The notes below the pieces were generated by a model. The model saw only the letters and a list, made by a program, of their open reading frames with translations. It was not told the DNA's origin and did not search any database. Positions 39,500 to 55,269 of a DNA stretch of 64,000 nucleotides are shown piece by piece. The translations under genes and the position numbers were made by a program. This stretch comes from Octopus sinensis (lineage: Eukaryota), in the NCBI RefSeq assembly GCF_006345805.1, contig NC_043005.1, forward strand, positions 67,704,001 through 67,768,000, in the 5' to 3' direction. Within the stretch, counting starts at the first letter, position 1, and each line of letters begins with the position of its first letter.

Positions 39500-39852
39500 T
39501 TGCTGGTATAATGTTGATTAAGATCTCCTTTGGTCATGACTGACCATGGGATTGCACCTAGAAAGTTACCCTCCCAGGCACGAGTCCGGACAAGGTTGTT
39601 TATGGAAGACCAGTAGTCGCCTATGCACACTGGACTCTCCTCTCCACACCACCAATGTTACCCAAGGGAAAGGCAACAGCAGATACAGCTTGACACCTGT
39701 GACGTCGTGACTCATTTCTGCAGCTTAGTGAACTGGAGCAACGTGAAATAAAGTGTCTTGCTCAAGAACACAATACGCAGTACTGTCCGGGATTCGAACT
39801 CACAACCTCACGATCGTAAGCTCGACGCTCTAACTACTGAGCCATACACTTT
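39500..39852 (-). mobile_element. tRNA-derived SINE with LINE-like tail
   Basis: Minus-strand head TGGCTCAGTAGTTAGAGCG..GTGAGTTCGAATCCCGG (A and B boxes) and body gctccagttcact.agctg. Confidence 0.75.
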
Positions 39853-40401
39853 CACTTGGTATAATGTATCATCAACAAATTAAGAATTTGGCAACCCAGA
39901 CAGAGGAGAATATTGTTTCCGAGCTAATCTTTAAATTGTTTAATCATTAGATTATGGCCATGCTGGGGTACCGCTCTGAAGAATTTTAGTTGAACGAATC
40001 TACCCAAATACTTATTTTTTAAAACTTGGAACTTACCCTAGCGGACTCTTTTGCCGAACAGCTAAGTAACGGGGATGTAAACACACGAACAGCGGTTGTC
40101 AAAAGTTTCCAAACGACAAAATTGTGAGGAAACTTCAGTTACTTAAATTCCTATTCTATCCTAACATATGAAAAATGACAAGAAGTTTGCTTCCCAACCA
40201 CTTGATTCTGACTTCAGTCTGACTGCGTGGCACCTTGGGCAAGTATCTCAGAAAAAGAGTAAATGCATTCCCTAGTATATTGAAATAAAAGACTGGAAGA
40301 AGAATAACATATAAATTATAAAAGGCTATTTTACAATTATTTATCTAAGTTTGATAACTTGCTGAAACTACCTCTAGGATAAGGGTTCGGAGTTTATTTT
40401 A

Positions 40402-40799
40402 GTCTTTTATTCTTTTATTTGTTTCATTCATTTGACTGCGGCCATGCTGGAGCAGCGCCTTTAGTCGAGCAAAGCGACCCCAGGACATATTCTTTGTAAA
40501 CCTAGTACTTATTCTGTCGATCTCTCTTGCCGAACCGCTAAGTGATGGGGACGTAAACACACTACCATTGGTTGTCAAGCGAAGTTGGGAGAACAAACAA
40601 ACACAAACATATGCAAAGACATATATATATATATATATACGGGATTCTTTCAGTTTCCGTCTACCAAGTCCACTCACAAGGCTTTGGTCGGCCTGAGACT
40701 ATAGTATGAGACACTTGCTCGAGTTTCCACGCAGTGGGACTGAACCCGGAACCATGTGGTTGGTAAACAAGCTACTTACCACACAGCCACTCCTGCGCC
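40402..40799 (-). mobile_element. Full-length SINE (family of 7113)
   Basis: Colinear with 18857-19277. Confidence 0.9.
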
Positions 40800-41334
40800 T
40801 ATAAGACCTATAAAACAGCTCCCTTAATTTGAAAATAAAGGTTTCGTTTGTAGCAAACAACATTATGAAGTGAAGCGGCTGTGTTGTGGTACTAAGTTGG
40901 GATTGAAATGTGTTATGATTTAAAATTCATGTTTTAAATAAAGTATTTTATTCATATGTTGCAAAAAAAATCTTTTATTTAACTTAAATAGTTGTAAATC
41001 TTTATGTATACAAATTACAGTAATTTATATCTAATTAGTAAGAATGATAGACGTATTTCTAAAGTAATAAAATTAACAACAATTTCCTATTTATTGCTAA
41101 CCGATTGAAAACAGCAAAGAAAAGAGTAACAATATATTTTTCTAGACAAAACATATCTTTATGGGTTTCACACTAAAACCAATAATTTGTAACATATACG
41201 ATTTACATAGTATCCAGTACCATTAAAAAGCCATATATTACTAAGAAATTAAGTGTTGATTGCTATCAAAATAGATTATATTTGGAACCGTACATACCCA
41301 TATACCCAACACATATATTTGCGATAATTGCATT

Positions 41335-41361
41335 TATGATATTATTATTATCATTATTATT

Positions 41362-41442
<81 letters not shown>

Positions 41443-41452
41443 AATATTATTA

Positions 41453-41519
<67 letters not shown>

Positions 41520-41531
41520 CATCATCATCAC

Positions 41532-41580
<49 letters not shown>

Positions 41581-41593
41581 TATTATTATTATT
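41335..41593. repeat. (TAA)n tract (target of adjacent LINEs)
   Basis: Direct reading. Confidence 0.95.
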
Positions 41594-45648
<4,055 letters not shown>

Positions 45649-45670
45649 TTATTTATTATTATTATTATTA

Positions 45671-45701
<31 letters not shown>

Positions 45702-45804
45702 GTTGTTGTTGTTGTTATTATTATTATTATTATTATTATCATCATCATCATCATCATCATCATCATTATTATTATTATTATTATTATTTATTATTATTAT
45801 TATT

Positions 45805-47109
45805 CAGTAGTTTTATTTTTATAGCGTGCTTTCACTTCACTACCGAGCACAGCTCTGTGTGCCTTGGGTATGTGCTGTGATTTGTTGTGATGCTCTGATG
45901 GTTATTGTACGGAAAATGTTCTGCGTAGGATGTGTGCAGTACCTAGTAGTGCAATTTTCTGTATGTTATATGTGTTTGTAAGTCCTGGTGTTTTTGTTAT
46001 GTATTTGTCTGAATATCATGCCTAATGCACCTACTATGATAGGAATTGTTTCTGTTTTCAGATTCCACATTCTAGTTACCTCTATTTCCAGGTCTTTGTA
46101 TTTTGAGAGTTTCTCCATTTCTTTTAGAGACACGTTGTCATCAGCCGGTATTGATACATCAATTAGAAAGCATTTTTTTTCTTCATGATCTCTGACAACT
46201 ATATCTGGTCTGTTGGCCTTAATTTCTCTATCTGTGTGTATCGGCATATCCCAGAGTATGGTTGCTTTCTCGTTTTCTGTGACCTTTTCTGGTGTGTGCC
46301 TATACCATCTTTTTTCTGTTGTTATTCCATAATGTTGGCATAGCTTCCAATGTATGTAGGTTCCAACTCTGTCATGTCTGTCAATATATTCCTTCTTAGC
46401 CAGGACTGGGCAGCTAGAGATAATATGATTTATTGTTTCTTGTCCATCTCCACATATTCTGCAGTTACTTGTAATATTTCTTTTCATTACAGGTTTTTGG
46501 TAATTTCTGGTGGGGAGGCTTTGGTCTTGTGCTGCAAGTAAAAATCCCTCTGTTTCTGCTTTGAGTCCTGAGCTTCTCAACCATTGCTGGGATTTTTCTT
46601 TGTCTATTTCTTTTGCGTTTAGTTTAGTGCAGTATTTACCATGAAGGGGCTTTTCTTGCCATCGTTTTATCATGGTTCGTTGCTGTTCTATTTTTAGTTT
46701 GGATTTCATTTGTTTTATAGCTTTTGTTGTTTCTTCATCATCTTCTTCTTCTTCTTTGTGTTTATTAGGTGGTATGATTTCTTGTTTGTATTTGTCAGCT
46801 TCCTTAAATACTGAGAACAGTTTTTTGTTTTACTCGTGTTTTGCTGCTATCTGGATCAGTTTTCCTTCCTTCTGAAGTAGGTATTTTTGCAGTCCTATGG
46901 TGGTTATTTTATAGTAGTTTTCCAGCTGTATAAGGCCTCTACCACTTTCTATACGTTGTATATATAGTCTTTCTATGTCAGATTTTGGGTGATGCATCCT
47001 AGATCCTGTCAGTATTTTTCTTGTTTTCCTATCTATTTTGGACAGTTCATTTCGTGTCCAGTTAAGGATATTGTAGCTGTAACTTATAACTGGGACAGCT
47101 AAAGTGTTG
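45805..47109 (-). mobile_element. R4/Dong-like non-LTR retrotransposon, 5'-truncated, near-identical to the 3' part of 42889-45648
   Basis: ORF 45966-46709 with CRICGDGQETINHIISSC and NRPDIVV..FLIDVSIP..EKLSKYKDL; same 3' UTR ending ..aaactactg|aataat. Confidence 0.9.
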
Positions 47110-47341
47110 ATTATTATAATTATTATTATTATGATGATTATTATTATTATTAATAATAATAATAATTATAATAATTATAATCGGCAGGGGTTACAAAGTA
47201 TCCCAAGAAGTTAGGGTCTCATGCATTGTTCAATGCGCAAAATTCTTGGCCTTTAAGTCACTCTGTAACTTGGGTCAAGCAATATATATATATATATATA
47301 TGTGTGTGTATTTGTGTGTGTGTGTATGTGTGTGTGTGTGT

Positions 47342-47381
<40 letters not shown>

Positions 47382-48051
47382 CATATATATATACAATTTG
47401 AAGTAAACAGAAAATGGAGAAATATTGATCAACAACAATTGACTGACATCAATCATTACTTTTTCATACAAATAGACTATCCCATCTAACAGCTGTTTCT
47501 GCTTCCGATGTTCTACAGCATTGCCATTGATAATTCTGAAAATAATATTCGTCATATTTGGTAACACATCCGATCTAGAACATGGAGCTTTATCAGAGTA
47601 AAGAAGAATACATAAAACAAAATAAAATAAAAGAAGAGCCTCGAGAAGAAGATACAGGCTTGATATATTTAAATCAAACCATTTTGCATATGTGTCGCTT
47701 CAGGACGTTAAGTAAATGACTAAACTTAAGATATTAATTGGTGGGCTAATTTTTCTATGGGGGGTCACAGTGTGTATAAGTAATAAAAAAGTCAAATAAA
47801 AATTTTAAAATTTCCATATCGAGATACGCCAATATGTTTGGACAAAGAGGGAGAGAAAATTCCATAACGTTCTGAAGTAATCATAATTCTTAAAATTATA
47901 TTAATAGTTCTAATCAAAAGTTTATGATAATAAAGTGTCCGCGAATTCATTACAATTATTTACTTACTGATATGTTGTAAAGACCAACCACCTATCGCCC
48001 GTATTGGGATTGAACAAAAGTACCAACGATTTTAAATCAAATTGTTTTGAT

Positions 48052-48101
<50 letters not shown>

Positions 48102-48122
48102 TATATAATATATATATATATA

Positions 48123-48300
48123 GTGAGATTTTACAAAGAAAACAAAAGACGCAGATGGGTGTGTAAAAAACAAACAGATGTATTAGTTTCTTTTACGTTT
48201 CGAGTCTACGCTCTTCGACAGAAAGGAACGCAGAAATAAACTGGGAGAGAAAATAGATAAAGGTTTAGTGGCTAGCGGTCTATCATGGCGAATGCCGTGG
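48123..48300 (-). mobile_element. Second copy of the Penelope-like repeat at 1622
   Basis: Colinear with 1622-1830; abuts (TA)n. Confidence 0.7.
48187..48228 (-). ncRNA. Minimal type I hammerhead-like motif with A6U core variant
   Basis: UUCCUUU-CUGUCGA-A-GAGC(GUAG)ACUC-GAAAC-GUA^AAAG; stem I CUUU/AAAG and loopless AC/GU stem III. Confidence 0.4.
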
Positions 48301-48646
48301 TAGAGATATATATTCTTGCTACTCCGAATTTCATCTGCGGAAGAAACATTATAGACAGTAACTACTTTAACCTGTGTCATGTAGTGGAGCCCTGGTTCGG
48401 GAGTTCCGATGTTTTGATGTGCGTGGAATAACCACTTAGCCATTATTGTTCCTCGATCTACTTTGACCTGGAGTAGTAACACCTGTCATGGTTCCAGTTA
48501 TAGCTTGATTAGCCTACCTATGTATGTAAAGACTTGATCCAGATGATTCTTGGAAGAAACCTTCATGATTCGATGGAGGAGAAGGCGGTTGCATCAATAT
48601 AGTGCGGATTGCAGAGATCAATATGAAGCAAGTAAGACATCTTAGT

Positions 48647-49165
48647 GGAGGCGCGTGGCTTAGTGATTAGGGTGTCAGACGCGTTGTGTTCTTGAGCAAA
48701 ACACTTCATTTCACGTTGCTCCAGTCTACTCAGCTGGCAAAAATGAGTAACGCTGCGATGGACTGGCGTTCTGTCCAGCTGGGGAACACATACGCCACTG
48801 AAACCGGGAAACCTGACCCATGAGCCTGGCTAGGCTTTAAAAAAGGCGCATTTGAAGGTGCAATGGCCCAGTGGTTAGGGCAGCGGACTCGCGGTTGGAG
48901 GATCGCGGTTTCGATTCCCAGACTGGGCGCTGTATGTGTTTATTGAGCGAAAATACGTAAAAGCTTCACAAGGCTCCGGTAGGGGGTGGTGGCGACTCCT
49001 GTTGTACTCTTTTGCCACAATTTTCTCTCACTCTCTCTTCCTGTTTCTTGAGTAACACTGCGATGGACTGGCGTCCCGTCCAGCTGGAGGGAACATATAC
49101 GCCACAAAAACTGGGAAACCGGGCCCATGAGACTGGCTAGCCTTGAAAAGGACGACGTTTATCGT
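48647..49165 (+). mobile_element. Dimeric tRNA-derived SINE within one 14-bp TSD
   Basis: taagacatcttagt at 48633-48646 and 49166-49179 brackets two monomers, each ending gactggcg..tccagctgg..catacgcc..accgggcccatga..ggctag.ctt.aaaag. Confidence 0.85.
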
Positions 49166-50098
49166 TAAGACATCTTAGTCGTCTAGTGCACTTGTTTTCA
49201 TACCCAGTCGTCTTGACATGGTCTTGGCACTGGAATGAAAATAGTCACAGACGAGAGAGTGAGATCGTCGGTGCACAGCTCTTCTTCACTGTAAAGAAAG
49301 TCACCGCGATTGTAATCACTTATCCTTAAAGATCAAGAGATGATCCTCATCGCTCCGACGGACGAATATCATAAGCAAATTATAAATTAGCAGGAATTAA
49401 AGAGATTTATGATTGGTAGCGTTTGGTCTATCAAACCGCTTAGCAAAACAGGGTTTGTTATAAACTATCAGGCAATTTAAGAATGAGCTGTTTTGGTAAT
49501 TGTAACAAATTATTTCATTTTTATGAAACCAACTGAAAGGAAAATAATATCAACAGCATAGTTTGAAAATATATTTGTAAATATTGAATTTAAGTCCATT
49601 GCAGCTCTACTTAATGATGAAAGTATTGAACTAAGGGTGAATGAACTCAGGGTGTTATGTTTTGCATAATAAATAATTATTTAGAACTTAGTAAGACTGT
49701 ATATATAAGTATGTGTCAAGCATAGCCTGATCAGATGGGTTTTTATAGAGCAGTGTCTCGTATTGTTGGAATAATAAATCATGGGCTTACTATACAATAC
49801 TTCTCTTAAGTATATACTATACTTCTCTCAAAATAGCATCATTCCTTACAACTGATGTTCAAGAGGAACATGCATCTATATGTGAATACGTATGTGTGTG
49901 CATACCTATATGTATATACACATATATGGGCGTGTATATTTATATATATGTGTGTGTGTGTGTGAGTACCTACATATATACACGCATGTGTATGTGCGAC
50001 ATGTGTGCATGTATGTATATATATATATATGTGTGTGTGTGTGAGTACCTACATATATATACGCATATGTATGTGCATCATGTATGCATGCATGTATA

Positions 50099-50138
<40 letters not shown>

Positions 50139-50139
<1 letters not shown>

Positions 50140-50770
50140 CGGCGTACGTAGACATTGGTCTCTTATATGTAAGTATATATTCATCTAAATCTTGTACGAC
50201 TCTAGTCTCTTATTCTTTTATTCTTTCCTTCTTCTATCAGACCTTTCACGCTTATTTCTTCCGTCCCTCTGCCTCTACCTCTCTCTTTTCTCCCCACGTG
50301 ACTGGTGTTCGGCCAAGCCTGATCTTTCTTTCTTGGTTCAGCCGTTGTCCGTGCAACATCTATATTCTTCCCTGTGCCTGTGAAATCTTTATCCCTGCCG
50401 TAAGGCTTTACTTCCGCACACGCCAGATTAATTTAATTCGTCTTTCGTTGAAAGACACCTGTTGTTATGTCCTGTTATTTGTATTTGTGTAAAGTTCTCC
50501 GTTTTTCTGTCCTTGTTTTTGTATACATTCGCTGCTTTCTTCCAAGGAATCTAATGCTCTTTGCTTAGTTTTTCCTTGGGGCTGGTCAGATTGGAGCAAT
50601 CTTGAGTATAAGCAACCGAAATTGCAAATATAATCTGGAACTCGACTGAAAGAAAACTCTGAATGACCCGTCCTTGTTTTCTTTGAATCGTCTATCTGGA
50701 TGTTTTGTTGTCCCTTTCTTGTATCACCTAACTGTCTGGATATTTTGCGCTGTTGTCCCATTTTGTATTT
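50139..50770 (+). mobile_element. T-rich non-coding element between (TA)n tracts carrying a permuted-hammerhead-like motif
   Basis: About 630 nt, pyrimidine-rich on the + strand like the other ribozyme-bearing elements, flanked by TA microsatellite. Confidence 0.45.
50596..50653 (+). ncRNA. Degenerate non-circularly permuted hammerhead (stem II not formed)
   Basis: GCAAU-C^UUGAGU-AUAAGCAACC-GAA-AUUGC-AAAUAUAAUCUGGA-ACUCGA-CUGAAAGA. Stems III (5 bp) and I (6 bp) are intact; the core has one extra A and no stem II partner. Confidence 0.45.
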
Positions 50771-50868
<98 letters not shown>

Positions 50869-53210
50869 GTGCGTGTGTGTGTGTAAGCTCATGTGTGTGT
50901 GCGTATATACGTATGTGTGTATGCATGTATATCATCTATGCATGTATATATGTGTGTATGTGAATCAGTATGTATTAAAGGCAACCTAAAATCTTAAAAT
51001 GCTAGAATAGTGCATCTTGCTTTTCCTTCAAACGAATTCTTCTTTCTTAGATACACAAATAGGTTGTTTTAAATCGATAATATATATATAAATTACATAC
51101 CGTTACTGATGATAATTTGGTATATGTTAAATTAATGGTATTATCTAATCAAATGCATTATTAAGAAATCCTGTGAGGTTAAATGAAGAGAAAGTGTCGG
51201 AAAGTAAAAGAAAAATTGGAAAGTCTATTAGAATATAAATTAAAATATAAATTATTTTAGAAAAAGTTGAAGTTGATTAATACGAAGATAAAATAAAATA
51301 CAAATTTGTTTAGTCTAGAATAATTGTTGGGTTTGTAAATTGGTAGTCCGTTCATTTAGAAGGAGGTTAAAGAATAAAATGTACTAAAGTTAACTACTGT
51401 GAAAAAAGAAATTAATGACAATTAATATATTGATGGTTAAAGGGAAATTATATGTTGCAAGTTCAATAATCAAATAAATATAATTAATGGTGGAAGGTTA
51501 ATCGAGTGTGAGCTTAGGCAATTAAACGGTAAAACTCTACTATATTCCAAACTCTGGGTTCATTAGTTACTATTATGTAGTTTGTTTCTATGATATATCA
51601 CTACTGAATTGCAAAGTTATAACTATTAAAACGGTTGTTATTTGAGTGATGGACTTCATCTTAAGTGTGTTTTCTGTCTGGTTAATGGTGAATTATTACA
51701 ATTCTATTGACAGTTATGTTCCATAATGATGGGGCATAGAAGATAGCAGATGTGTACAATCGACTGGCAAGGGCATGAGTTAAAATCATCTTTTTGAACA
51801 AAATTATTTGTTTGAGATCATTCAAGTTTCTAAGAATTCCATTCACAAGATTAAACTAATTCCGACTTCGATTAAATGATTTCAAGTTTGACAAGAAGGC
51901 TTCAACAACGTCTATGATGCACATATGATAAGTAATTTTACTGTTAGTGTACCATTTTGCAAAATATAATGCTTCTATTTTGTATTAGAATTCGGATGGC
52001 TGACTTCAAATTACAAATGCCACTTCCTAGCAAGGCGTCAGCTTTTTGTTTTGGATTCTAAAAGTGTTGCTATATTAATTAAAACCAATTTTAATGGCTT
52101 GCTCGTTAATCTCAGATGTGAAATTTATGATGATTCAGTGTTGATCTGAGTGCAAAAAAATTATTTGGCCTAACAACTTCCTTCAAGCTGAAAACAGTTG
52201 ATATTAATACAATTACAGTTAAATGTATTCTTCTTATAGGACTAGGTTATTAAATTGAATACGTTATAATTTGCTAATATCAAGTCTTATCTTTTGCAGA
52301 TTTGGTATATGTGGTTGAATAGAAATGTCGTGGGTGGAGTTTGAAAAGGTCTAAATACACATGTACATATACATATACATACTTTAAATATCCTTGTGTA
52401 TAGGTTACCATACTCCTGAAGTCTTTGTAGTAAATTTCTACGTTCTTATTAACCCGTATACGCTATAATTATCATATTTACCCACAAAGTAAATACTTTC
52501 AACAAAAACATCGTATCGACTACGAACAGCAACAGCTCTTTTAATTATAACAGCTTGGCAATTACATGAAGATCTATCATAGAAACTAAACAATATTAAC
52601 TGATAAACCTAGAATTTAGAATCCAGCCGAGTTTTACCATTTATTACAGTCATTTGATTAACTTTAGACTCGATTAACGCCCCGCTATTAATTATATCTA
52701 TTTAATTAATGCACTTGCAACTTACAATTTGCTATCAGACACTCAATTTATTAAGCTTTATTAACTATTATTTTTAGTGTAGTTAACTTTATTGCAAATT
52801 ACATGTATACAAATCAAAATATTGCAAAGTACTCAAATCCATATTTTATTTTACATTTACTATACTTAATCCGCTTCAATTTTATCCTACAATAATTTAT
52901 ATTCTAATTTACATTCTAGTGTAATTGCTGTCGTGCGCTTTCTCTTAATTTGAAATCACATCCTTTCTTAATAACGTATTTGATGAGATAATACTATTGG
53001 CTTGACATATATTAAATTGTCTTCAGTAAGATAATGTAACCTAATATACATACACATTGTTAGCTAGGAAACGTTCTGCAGAAGACCATAGCAACTAAAG
53101 TTATATATGCTGTATATTCATAAACTGGTTATATCAAAGAACGTAGAAGTTTTTACGGGTAAGCCTAAACACAGTGCTATCGATTTTGTTTTCTTTCTGG
53201 CTTCTGTTAA

Positions 53211-53505
53211 GTGGCTGTGTGGTAAGAAGTTTACTTCGCAACCATATGGTCCCGGGTGTGGCACATTGGGCGAGTGTCCTCTACAATAGCCCCGAGGCCG
53301 ATTAAAGCCTTGTAAATGGATTTGGTAGATGGAAACTGAAAGCTCATTAGATGTGTGTGTGTGTGTGCTTATGTGTATTTATGTGTGTCTGTGTTTGCGT
53401 TTTTTTCCCTACCATCGCTTGACTACCGGTGTTGGTTTCTTTACATCCCTGTAAGTTAGCGGTTCTGCGAAAAAGACCTATTAAATAAGTACTGAACTTA
53501 AAGAA
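53211..53505 (+). mobile_element. SINE (family of 7113), 3' end cut by the following element
   Basis: gtggctgtgtggtaagaag..gtagatggaaactgaaag..aataagtact. Confidence 0.8.
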
Positions 53506-53507
53506 TC

Positions 53508-53868
53508 CCAAATTTTATTTTATTTGCTTTGCGGGAAGGACTGTTTCAACGAAGTCGCGTCTTGTCCTTGCCCTCAAGACGCGGATTAGATGAAACAGGG
53601 ACAACTGATGAAGGGGAATATTCTTTATGTTGTACGTCTCATTTCTCTGTTTATTTTTTCGTTGTTCGAAAAAAAGTTCGTTTCTATGTTTTTGTTTTTG
53701 TTTTCGTTTCTCATTGTGTTCAACGCTTCTTTGACGTTCTGTATCCATATATGCATGTATATATACATATATATGTAGGTATGTACATATATGTATGTAC
53801 ATATGCATATATTTATATATTATTTATATTATTGTATAATCGAACGCCACGCATCCTTTTCTAAGTAA

Positions 53869-53869
<1 letters not shown>
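53508..53869 (+). mobile_element. Terminal-repeat copy of the permuted-hammerhead family
   Basis: Colinear with the reverse complement of 26675-27060; ends acgcatccttttctaagtaag like the 27541 copy. Confidence 0.8.
53556..53616 (+). ncRNA. Non-circularly permuted hammerhead, core-inactivated (GAAA to AAGA)
   Basis: CGCGU-C^UUGUCCU-UGC-CCUC-AAG-ACGCG-GAUUAGAUGAAACA-GGGACAA-CUGAUGA-A-GGGG; all three stems pair. Confidence 0.7.
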
Positions 53870-53904
<35 letters not shown>

Positions 53905-53949
53905 ATAAAATACAAATCGTAAGTTCAGGAGAATTACATTTTTTAATAT

Positions 53950-54025
53950 CGACACTAATGGGATCCGAACCCATAATCTTCGACTCCGTAAGCAGACGCA
54001 TTATCCATTAGACCACACTCGGACC
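53950..54025 (-). pseudogene. tRNA-Arg-derived pseudogene (one arm of a palindrome)
   Basis: GTGGTCTAATGGATAATGCGTCTGCTTACGGAGTCGAAGATTATGGGTTCGGATCCC resembles tRNA-Arg(ACG/TCG) D, anticodon and T arms; acceptor and anticodon stems do not pair well. Confidence 0.6.
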
Positions 54026-54132
54026 CTGGAGCCGTAGATTGTTGGTTCAAGTCCCATGAGCATCGATATTTAAAAGTATAATTTTCCTGACTTAGATATG
54101 CATCTTATCCTATTTCTGTTGGAGCTATAGTA

Positions 54133-54136
<4 letters not shown>

Positions 54137-54230
<94 letters not shown>
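54137..54230. repeat. (AGAT)n microsatellite
   Basis: Direct reading. Confidence 0.95.
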
Positions 54231-55195
54231 GTAACTTACACTCATATATCTAATCGATGTTTTTCCTTGTTAAGTTCCCTGTGGGTTTTTTTTCTCTGCA
54301 TATATGTACTTTTTTACTTTACTATTGTAACTTTTTAATATTTCCTATCACTTTTAAGCCTCGTGTAATTTTTTTTTTCGTTTTTCAATATTAATATGTA
54401 TATGTATAACTCTCAGTTTTTTTTTCTACTGGTCCACCTGCTTCGTTATATTTTAATGTACACACGTGTCCCTGTTTATTATACTTTTCTCGACCTGTTA
54501 CCATTTTTTAAAACATACCCGTTAGCCTTTCATTCTTATTTTTATGTTATAGTTTACCGCACATATATGTCTGTCATTTTTCTCTTTCGTCTCTCTTACT
54601 GCAATTATTACTGTTATTTTCTCCCCTTTTACAACTTGTTTGTAAATATCCGATTTTATCCCTATTACCCCATTTGTATTTTCCCTTATTGTATCTCATT
54701 TTAATTTACTTAATTTTATCAAACCTTTTTTTATGGCCTTACAAAAATTCCTCGCACTGATGAAAATGATAATGCATAAATTTAATAATAATTACTATGG
54801 TTATAATTTTTTTCTTACATATTTGTATTGTCCTTTGAAACTCGCGTATGTATTGATTCGATAGTGATATGCAATGCCTTCTATTTATTTTGGAATATGC
54901 ATTTACGTTTCCCATAATCGAATTTAAAAGATATTTATATATATGTATGTATGTATGTGTGTGTGTGTATAATAGATGGAGGTGTATATATATATATACG
55001 TATACATATATATGTGAACATATATGATTCGATCGAGAACCCATCAGTAGAGAAGATGGCATCGATACTATTCTTGTTGATAGTGATGCGATGAAATAAT
55101 GAAAAAGAATCGCTCATCTTTTTAACAAACAGATTCATACAGCGTTATTAATTTTATATATTTATATAACATAAACTCGATTTCGCATTATATAT

Positions 55196-55269
<74 letters not shown>

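Noticed and set aside
39780-39852. tRNA-like heads here and at 31060-31131 and 48857-48930 as functional tRNA genes
   Set aside because: They run directly into SINE bodies and lack paired acceptor stems; counted as SINE heads.
49896-50935. ORFs of 198 and 156 aa
   Set aside because: Half microsatellite, half read-through of a T-rich non-coding element; no protein features.
51700-52050. Minus-strand LPVDCTHLL resembling pogo/Tigger LPP..TH.LQPLD
   Set aside because: Single weak motif amid many stops.
54750-54850. CUGAUGA ... GAAACUCGCG in a T-rich element-like segment
   Set aside because: Stem II does not pair and the NUH/stem III geometry is broken.
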